A stretch of DNA of 64,000 bases, taken from NCBI RefSeq assembly GCF_009914755.1, contig NC_060937.1. One strand, written 5' to 3'. The stretch is from the human T2T-CHM13v2.0 reference genome, Homo sapiens. Shown in pieces: positions 54,041 through 64,000 of the stretch; position 1 is the stretch's first letter, and each line of letters opens with the position of its first letter. The notes under the pieces were generated by a model. That model worked only from the letters and a program-made list of their open reading frames with translations, did no database searches and had not been told where the DNA came from. The translations under genes were made by a program, and so were the position numbers.

Positions 54041-57000
54041 TGGTAGTGTAGGCTTAAGCCCAACAGATATGAAGACCCAGGTCATAAGAAGAATGATCCA
54101 ACTGGACTCTTCACTGGCAGTTCCAGAGAACTTTGCAATGAGATGTAACAGCCTGAGAAATCTTAGGTACAGAATTTACTATTTTATCATTGCCTACCAC
54201 CACTACTGCTCTGCTCTCTAACTAGGTATATCAATACAACACCCATTTATTTTACAAAAGATTTAAAAGTGAGTAAAACTTCCAGAATCAAGGCTGGTAT
54301 TAGAATAAATAAGACAAGAAAGACGGAAAAGAGGTTAATTGCATAGACGTTAAGAGCTAAAGAAAGATTCCATAAATAAGCTGGCGAGCTTCAAAGGAAA
54401 GTTAACATTATCTTAACATTAAAAAGAAAAAAAATGAAGATTTGTATTATGGAGCAATAGGAAAAGATGGCAGAGTACCAATAAAAGATAATGAAAAGCA
54501 ATGCCCAATGCCAGCATGGTTAAAATACAAATAGGTCATACTTTAAAGAGGTAAAGAAAGCACAGATGATAAAGATTATGAAATAGAAGCCTAGATAAAG
54601 GGAAGAAAGGGGCTAAGGGACATAGGAATGCCACTGCGCTCAAGAAGTAAATATTCAACAAATATCAATTTAGTATGTATTTTGAGAAAAAGCCAGTCTA
54701 TACTCATTTCCTATAGACTGGATTACACTCAGTGTAAGCATGGTTTAATCAGCAGGGTTTTGGGGGTTTTGTTTTTGTTTTTAGGAAAGAGGTGACTCAC
54801 TCACAGGTAAGGCCTAGAAAAAAAAAAAAGGATGAGGGAAACGGAGCTGTCTCTAAGTGGGTCCATAAAAACCACATTTATTTATACACCTTTCAAGATT
54901 AATTACAATTTCTATCACATAACTTGCAGGAACTAGATCTATTTGAAGCTGGTATGAATGTATGGCTCAAAGGCTCACTGAAAGAGAAGGGAACAAGGTC
55001 TTGATTCAACCCTCTATAATATTTTGCAGGTATCTTTTGATCTGCAGGAGGTATATTGTGCAAAGGGAAGAGGTATCCGGTCATTTATAAAACCCCTGTC
55101 TTCTTTTAGTGAAAGCACTTTGAAAGAATGGCACCAATATCAACCATGCTTGATTGCTTTGCTCCAAACCAACTATGTAGCAGTGGACTTAGGGGAACAT
55201 GAGACAAATAGGCCTCCTGCTATTACAGAATTTACAGGCCACTAGGGGAGATGGACTTTAACAAAACTAAGTGCAGAAATAATTAACTACTTTTGTGCTA
55301 AATGTTATGAGGAAATAGAAAATTGCACTAAAATTGCATATAACTGAGGGTTCTAACCAAGTCTGGGGTATAGGGATGATGAGAATATAAAATCAGCAAA
55401 GGAAATAAAACTTACTGAATTATTCCATTTTCTGCCAGGAGTGACAACTTTGTCATGCTGCTGATGAAAAAATGGCAAGAAAATAAGCTCATCTGACATA
55501 AATGGAAGAGAACATGTCTGGCAGAAAAAGAAAAATGTATTTGAGGGCCACCTATGATAAATGCTCAGGGCGTTTGAGTTCGATACAAAGGAACCAGAGA
55601 AGACACACACAGTCCACGGGCAGAAGGTGGCAAGAGGTGCTGCCAATTGCTTTCTTTCCAATCTCGATGTCCTATTCCTAACTCTCAGATTCGTTTAAGA
55701 GTCATTTTCATTACAGACTCTAATCATGGGTTTTGTTTCTGAGGTCTCCGCCTGAGAAAGACTATTGTCTTTTTTAACACTCAGGCTTCAATAATGAAAA
55801 GCATTGTGACATAGTTCTCCTTCTGACTTAAAGTTTATACTGAAGAGATAATGAAATAACTAATTTTCATAAAAATATCTTTTGTCGTAATATCGTATTA
55901 CTGGAAAGATATTATCTAACTTGGCAATAAATCTCTCTGCATTTAATATTATTTTAAGACTTCATGTGAGTGGTAATAAATGTAACGTCACTCACTAATT
56001 TAAGATCAACTGCTAAAGGGTTAATGTAAATAGCATGAGGCCACTGGAAATGGAAGGTGACCAGTAAATTCACTTAAGGACCTGCATAGCCTTGCATCTT
56101 CTTTTTGACCTTGAGGAACAGTGACAATAAAAAAAAAAATACTAAGGATGGCCAAGCCAAAGAAATGTGGCCAAAAGCCATATCATGAATTCAAGGAGCT
56201 TTTCCCTTTTTTAAGCTCATCCACTAGGAAATGTTCATAACTGTATGCTGAAAACCAGTGCATGCAAAAGGCATTTATTATCAAACACAGTAAAATCATA
56301 ATCCTCATAAAAAGTCTTGAGGTTACAGATAATTTTTCCTTTTTTTTTTCTTTTTTACCTAAAACTCAGTGGACAAACTAAAACTCAGAAGGTCAAAAAG
56401 AAATAATCAGTCACAGAAACAGAATGTTATCTAATAGGCACTAACCCATAACAAAAGCAACATCTTAGACAGAACCAAGTCCTCCCAGTTAAAATGAAGG
56501 CTCTCACCTTCCTCCTACTAACATTGTTTCATAATATTATTGTGTGATGGTTAGGAATAAATACATGCATTATCATATCCCCAAATAGATAGAAACCCAA
56601 AAATAATCTTGTTCAATAGACAGTAACCCTATATTGACTGATGTAAGCCCCAGGAACTTATTCACTGTTATATCCCAAGCCCCTGGTACAGGGATTAGCA
56701 TACAGGGTACTCAATAAATTCTAGTTGATCTGAAACGAACTGAACTACCTTGTAAATAGTAGGCATTGATAGTAGACAGGAATGTAGATACAGATATACA
56801 TGATACAGATATACATGGCAGGGGTTGGAGGGAGAAACTCGTTTTTGTACCAGAAAGAAGAAAACAAAAATCAAGCTACACTAAAAATGACACAAATACC
56901 AATGTTTTAGAAATAGATGGAGTTAACGCATAATCATGATTTTAAAATATTGCAATTGCAACCAATAACAAAAGTAAATCTACACCTAACAAAATGAAGA

Positions 57001-57564
57001 TGCAGATAATTCACTGGACTTGCAATCTAGGTTCTTTCCACCGGTCTAGTGCTCTGATGTGTTACTCTGCATTCGGCCAGCCATTTCAAGTTAGTGTTCA
57101 GCATCAGATGGGCTGATTCCACACGACAAGGTTACAGACTAGAACAGCATCTCCTGAAGTCAAAGATTCATTCATCCTGCCGCAGCTCACTCAGCCTTCA
57201 GACACATCGAGCTACCTCCAGAGTAGGAATTATAGCTACTGACATCACGTGCAACCTCATTTTACATCTGTAATTTCGAAGGCTTTAAGTGACGCTTCAC
57301 TTAGGCAGAAACTGAAATGTTGAAATGCACATCAATCTTGAATTCTGAATACCCTCAAGAATCAAACAGTAGACTCTGAGAAAACTTTGACTTGACTTAC
57401 TTTTGTTCAGAAAAATCAACCTTCGAATTACATATTTATTCCAGTTTCAAAATGACATAATTAACAAGGTCAAAAATCTGTTAAATGGTACTACAGGTTT
57501 TGCACATCCTCTACTTTTAGAGAGCAGCCTTTATGACTCCGTCTCTGTAAGTGCTGGTACTTAC

Positions 57565-57587
57565 CTTGCTCAGTGACTTCTGATACA
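57565..57587 (-). other. Candidate 23-nt microexon
   Basis: gtgatttttacttttttag|TGTATCAGAAGTCACTGAGCAAG|gtaagt: strong acceptor and consensus donor. Confidence 0.4.
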
Positions 57588-58083
57588 CTAAAAAAGTAAA
57601 AATCACTAGAAATTTGCATTCTAGGTTAAAGGGCGTTTATGTTTTCCTTTGTCCAGTCATAAAGATTTCTTACTGAATGATGACTGTAAGATGCTTGCAT
57701 TCTCCTTCATGTCTTTTTTTCCTTAGCTGGTCCCCAACCCACCACACTTTCACATACATCCCTGAGAAAGAGGCCTTTGGCCCTCATGTGTCACCTAAGG
57801 TGATGTGCTTCAACTAACATCAAGAAAATATCATGTGATAAGCAAGGTGACCTCTGTGGACCACTAGCACAGTCCTCAGGAGAACAGACAGCTGCAGTTG
57901 GAGCTGACTTCAGGTTGATAGATTTCTGTCTCCTGTCCATCTTTGAACAACCGACAACATGGTTCCATCTGTTGTCCAGAAAAAAAAAAAAAAAGCGTTT
58001 TCTACAATCTAATGAAACCATGTCAGGTTTCAAGTCTTGCACTGAACCCAAGAACTTCCTGATATGGGAATCAAACTGAGTGT

Positions 58084-58205
58084 TCCTTCTGGTTATATAC
58101 TCATCATTTTTTTGTTTCCTCGTTACTTAGCTTTTATAGTACCTGGGCTCCTTCTGGTTATATACTCATCATTTTTTTGTTTCCTTGTTACTTAGCTTTT
58201 ACAGT
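58084..58205. repeat. 65-bp period two-copy tandem duplication
   Basis: tccttctggttatatactcatcattttttt...ttacttagctttta.agt at 58084 and 58149. Confidence 0.95.
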
Positions 58206-59463
58206 TGTTTTTAACCTTCTCAAATAGACTACAAAATTGGCTGGACAAGGAAAAACTCTCATACTTCTGTTATTTTTTAATCACAGAAACTTTTCTGCAT
58301 ATGCCAGGGATTTAACCAAGTTGTCAGAAGTATACATTTGAGAACTTCTAGCAACTTCTATTTCTAACTTAATCTTAAATCTTTAATTTCTAAGTTAACT
58401 ATGTTTCTATAAGATTCATGATCATAAAACTTTAAGCTAGAAATATGCTATTTTATCTGACCTGACTCCTAGTTTTTAGATTTGGTAGCTCATGAACTAG
58501 TACTAAATCAATATAGAATCTCATCTCCTTCCGCTTCATATGACCCTCACAAGAAGGGCTTTTGCTGGTTTTTGCTAAGAAAAGAGATCTACTGATTCAC
58601 ACTATGATTCATGCCAGCTCAAACAGATGGAATCTCTGGCACATTCCTCACTCTGGATCTCAGCGCCCAGGCCAGCTCCATACACACTAATATGTTCTAG
58701 TCCTCTACCGTCTCCCCAAACCAGGCTGCATCTGCCTCTGAATGGGGATGCTTACTGTCCACTCCTCAACTCTATCCTTCCTCTCCCCTCTGACTGAAAA
58801 AAAACTAGATATCTGTATTTGCACAAGCCAACTTAGAAAGAGAAATTAAAGCTCATCTAATAAGGTCCCATGGTCACCTCCTAGAGAATTTAAAAGCAGC
58901 CTGGAGACCCCAAAGAGGAACAGCAATGACAAGCTCAGCAGCATCCCAAAGAGCTCCAGTGCCAAGCTGTAGGGCATCCCTCTCTCCCAGAGGCCAGCTG
59001 CTAAAATAGGCCAGTGTCCCTGTGAATGCTTGCTCACCATAGTGCCACTTTTACAAATAAACTTCCACGTTTCCCATCTCGCTCTATGATACTAAAAATG
59101 ATTTCCATTTTAGGGAAAGTGGCAGGCAAGATAAAACATAGTGGAAAATAGAATTTATGAGTTGCTTCCCGCACATCTGGGCTACAATTCTTACACTTGT
59201 CACCCCTGTTGACAAGCTTAAAATAAAACCATGATTTTTATTTTTAGGTCCCAAGATATTCTTCCAGGAATTCCCTGTAAATTCATTTTTCCCCTCTGGC
59301 AGGAAAAATTAACACAACCCAGAATGAATAATACATTTATTTATTTTGTTGCTTAGACACTTTCGAAGGAAAAAAATGTATATGGCTTGATTTTCGAAGA
59401 ATTACTCTATCTTGTCAAAAGACAGAAAGATGGTTAAGGCAGTGCAAGTCAGCTTCTGTTTAA

Positions 59464-59883
<420 letters not shown>

Positions 59884-60311
59884 TAAATATATTTAATGAC
59901 AGAGATCTTGAGTGCATTTATTTAATAGATATTCATGAGTTCCTACTATGTTCAAAGTCCTAGGCAGGGGATATAAAGAAGGCTACTAATGGATGAACAC
60001 CTTAGTAGGTTCATACTTAGTGTGTAAGACACTGTACTGCAAATATACAAATATGTTCTCATTTAAAGTCTACAGACACAGTAAGAGCAAAGAATAAACT
60101 TTGTTGGGCTGATTTTGTTGGATATTCTTACCTCCAACACACAAATGGGGAATCTGGGATTTAGAAAAATTAATTAACTTGCCCACTAGTAGGAGGAGAT
60201 GCTTCAAAGTCTATTCTACTTGCACTTTTGCTGTTTCCAATTTACTGAGCTGTTTGTTGGGAAGCAAATAAAAAGGTTTTGGACTTGCATTTATAATCCA
60301 AAAGGAGGAAA

Positions 60312-61227
60312 CACACGGATAAAGTAATCAACAACAACACAATGCGAAAGAAAAAAGTGATAATGTAAAAGAAGTTTTGCACGAAGTGTCAAGAAGAAAA
60401 AGGTTTTATGAAAGAGAAAATTTTATTCTGAAGTTCATCCAATGATTAATTTATCCAATCCAAAACTATAAATGGGCACTGTGTGCTTAGTTCAATGCAT
60501 TGTGCATAGTAGGTACTCAGTAAATAACTGCTGAATATTGGATGAATGTGTAGGGTTCTTTGAGTGAACATAAAGTGGGAAAAGGAATACTAAAGAAGAG
60601 AGTAACTAGCTGGGTGCAGTGGTGCACACCTGTAATTCCAGCTACTCAGGAGGCTTAAAAAAGAGGATCCCTTGAGCCCAGGGACAAGCCAGCCTGGGCG
60701 ACAAAGTGAGACCTTGTTTCAAAAAAAAAAAAAAGTATTAAAAAAAAAAAGAAAAGAGTAGCATATGTAAAGACATGGGGACATCCAAGATGCCCAGATC
60801 CCATTCCATGAACTGAAACAGAGTGCGGAGGGGAGTAGGAAGAGAGGTGCCTGGAGGTATGAGCGGGGGCAAACTGGAGCACCATATCTGCCTCTACTTA
60901 AGGGCTTGAACTTAATTCCACTGGGTATGAGGAGACGTTCTGTTACCGGAGAGTTTCCAGTGCAGGTAAACAAGATCAGTGTCATCACACTGCACAAATT
61001 CAAAGGGCACCAGCCTCTTTATATTCTAAATGAATAGTGTCACCCTGGAACTGCACAACTCGTAAGTCCTAAAAACTTGGATTGGATAAAATAACCATTG
61101 GATGAACCTCAGAATAAAACTACGTGTTTCATAAAACCTTTTCCTTCTTGACACTTTGTACAAAATGTCTTTTACATTATCACTTTTTTTCTTTTGCATT
61201 GTGCTGTGGTTGCTTATTTCACCTGTG
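60312..61227. repeat. Inverted repeat, arms 60312-60463 and 61077-61227
   Basis: aaaaaagtgataatgtaaaaga, aagtgtcaagaag, aaaaggttttatgaaa, gttcatccaatg, tttatccaatccaa all recur as reverse complements. Confidence 0.95.
60607..60755 (+). mobile_element. Deleted Alu monomer
   Basis: gctgggtgcagtggtgcacacctgtaattccagctactcaggagg...cagcctgggcgacaaagtgagacc + poly(A). Confidence 0.88.
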
Positions 61228-63689
61228 ATAAGGCAAATGAATGATATTGCATATCCGTGACTGAACCTGGGGAAGCAGCATATGGAAAAGGACCTAAAAT
61301 TAGCCATGAGATTCCAAACTCCCAACTACATAACATCATGGACAAAAAAAAATTCCCCAGAGGATGTTCATTGTCAAAGCTACAATGCTGGTTACAGAAT
61401 CAAGCAGAAACTCCACCGAGATCACTACCTCCAGCTTGCTACAGATAGGGGAGATATTTGGTTAAGAATTGTAACAAAGGTGACATTCATGAGGTGTCTA
61501 CACTAATACAAGCAATACACACTTAACTGGCTCTACTTTTCACAGAGTAATTATTTGCAAGTTAACTCATGCCAAGGTCATGAATTACAGCTAATAAACA
61601 AACTTCAGCTTTTTCCAATGATTCGTTCCTATGACAAAAGTTTTTTGGCAGAACTTAAGAGTAAGTATTAAAAGCAATCTGAATGTAGACCATACCCTAG
61701 TGACATGACTATTAGGAAACATCCTTTTCTGAATATATTGCATGTCATTGTAACAGAAAAATCGGCTGTGCTGGTGGAAATGGCTTTTATGCAGATGAGA
61801 ATTAATGAGCCTCATTGTCTCCCTGTAGATAGCCATGCTTACATTTTGTTACCCTTTGGACACATAAAATTTTAAAGACAATAAAAAAATTAGGGTGTGC
61901 TTAAATAAAAGGGAAGAGGTTATTTTAAATTAACAAAATGTACTTTGGGGGTCTCATGAGATTCCAGACAATGCAAGCCAAACTATTCTGGGGCCACCAA
62001 AGCCTATACGCTTGGAAATAAAAGGGTACAGAAGTACCAAATTTAAACTGGGAATTCCAATGGTTGAGCATTAGGTTGTAAAAGCTCCTCAGACTTCAGG
62101 TAGATTCCTTCTAAGATCCGCAGCTTCCCATCAGCCCCTGAACGCTAGATGTGGGTGGCCCAGATGCTGTAAAAATCTCCTGACAGAAGTGTGACCACCG
62201 CATTAAGAGCATAGACAATTCAACTAAAGAGTAAATACCTTTTGCTGGATAAATATCATATTACAGAACATAATTGCATAACTCAACCCTTCTGCCACAA
62301 GTAAGCTGAAGAAAGGAGAGTCATGGGGGAAAAGGTCACGTGATATATGCCAACACCCTGAAAAGCATTTCAGGGTGTCAAAAGCAGCCACGAGACAGGT
62401 TTGGCTTTCGTGTTTTCAAGTATAGTTCATGTGCTTCTAATTTTTCATTTTCTGTTATTGGTTTATGCTTCCAAAAGCCACATTTCAGCTGTATGCAAAC
62501 TATAATGCCAACAGCAGGAATGTAAAACAGAAAGTCTGGAAATTACCCCTGAATCATCTTCCCTTCGTTCCTCTCCCTGGGTGTTAGTGACCTCCTGCCT
62601 AATAATCCTGCTTCCCTCCAGCATTCACCTACCCTAAACCCTTTTCTGTCCTGCTGTCAGAATCTCATTCTGAAAGAACAACACTAATCCTACTCCTGCC
62701 CTAACTGCTGCTCAAAAACCCTTAGTGGTTCCCAAGTGCCTACCAAATGGAGTGGACATTCACAGCCCTCCACAAAACAGCCCCAACTGATGTTTTCCAT
62801 CTCACAACCACCACCACTCCTCGACAAACACCAACTTTTTGACTTATTTTTTGACTTATTTTTGTGGCTGTATCACTATTTTTTCCAGTAAAATCCTACC
62901 CATAGTCCAAATAATTCAAAGCAGATAAAAATGGTTCCCTATTAGAATGTTATTTCATATATTCAAATTTATATCATTTTATTTTCATAAAGAAAATATC
63001 AGTCCTTTTTACTTGTACCATGTATATATCCCATGGGACCAAATATGCCATATTCCTCTAGACCTTTAAAATAAACATGGTGTCTTCTATGAGTTAAAGT
63101 TTGAATCAATCAAAATAGATGAGATATAGTCATCCTTAATAGAGACAGAATGTTTTCTAGACTAGTAAAATACAATATAATTGTAACCCTATAATGCTGT
63201 CATTCCAACTTATGTTTAGAAGAACACTAGGATTCCACAAAACATTACTAAGTGTTCCAAAGAAAGAGATTCATGGCCAAATTATATTGGACCACATTGC
63301 ATGCTGTATCCTCCCACTGGAAGATTAGGGTATTCATTTCCCACTAGAGGCTCTGAAGAAACTAGTTAAAGTTATATGACCCGTTATTTTTCAAACATAC
63401 TGTCTTCAAATCATCTCCCACACCTTTTTTGGAAGAATTCCCATTAATATATGTTTTCTGAAAAGCACTTTGGAAAATACTGCTATCACCAACTTTACAC
63501 TAACCAGTCCCATTTTAAGCCATAGACATTTCTCAAGCACAGACTTAAATAAAGGAAACAAGAGAATACATTGCAACCTTGGACTCTAGACTGCTCTAAA
63601 ACTAGTCATTTGTATCTCCAATATTTGATTCCAGAAGATAGTTAAAACATGTGGGTGGCCCAAGTCCTTACCCATATCTGGGTATGTGG

Positions 63690-64000
63690 GTATATTTGTT
63701 AGGACACAATCTAAGCTGCTGAAACAAAGAATACCCCCAATATACAGGGGCTTAAATGAGACAATAGTTTATTTCTCTCTCAAGGAATATTCCAGGGTGG
63801 TAGGATGGCTCAGCTATCTTCAACATGTGGCTTCCCTCTTGAATCCAAGATGGCAGCTCCTGTTTCTACCATCACATGCATGTCTGAATAGAGAAAAGGA
63901 AACAGCAAAGGAACTCACACCTTTCTTCTAAAGGTATGGCCGGGAAGTGCCCCACATCGCTTTCACCCAAACCTCATTGACCAGAACTTGGTTAGCTACT
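63690..64000 (-). mobile_element. Old MLT1 (I/J/K-like) LTR, runs off the window
   Basis: aagctgctgaaacaaaga...ggcttaaatgagacaatagtttatttctctctc...ccaagatggcagctcc...cattgaccagaacttgg. Confidence 0.7.

Overview
Primate (human or great-ape; AluY/AluYe-type copies are present) AT-rich non-coding genomic DNA, most likely the interior of a very large intron or the 5' region of an unidentified gene. A few sampled lines show A>T and C>G, weakly suggesting minus-strand transcription. I could not recognise any protein-coding exon; the ORF track is explained by Alu/L1/L2/LTR repeats or chance. About 20 Alu/FLAM/FRAM copies, MLT/MST LTRs, L1M, L2, MIR, MER3/MER5 and MADE1 are interspersed with long repeat-free blocks rich in homeodomain/TALE motifs that look like conserved enhancers (conservation not checked). 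Main observations: (1) a minus-strand TATA/MEF2 composite box followed by a first-exon-like segment with a perfect donor, within a 3.5 kb cluster of three ATG-proximal G|GTAAGT donors (25.2-28.7 kb); (2) two ancient non-Alu inverted duplications (12.3/14.6 kb and 60.4/61.1 kb) and one direct duplication (8.7/10.1 kb); (3) a near-perfect 67-bp x4 tandem repeat; (4) a palindromic GATA/TATC microsatellite; (5) a 23-nt candidate microexon. No novel biological system can be claimed from sequence alone. Repeat subfamily calls and percent identities are by-eye estimates.
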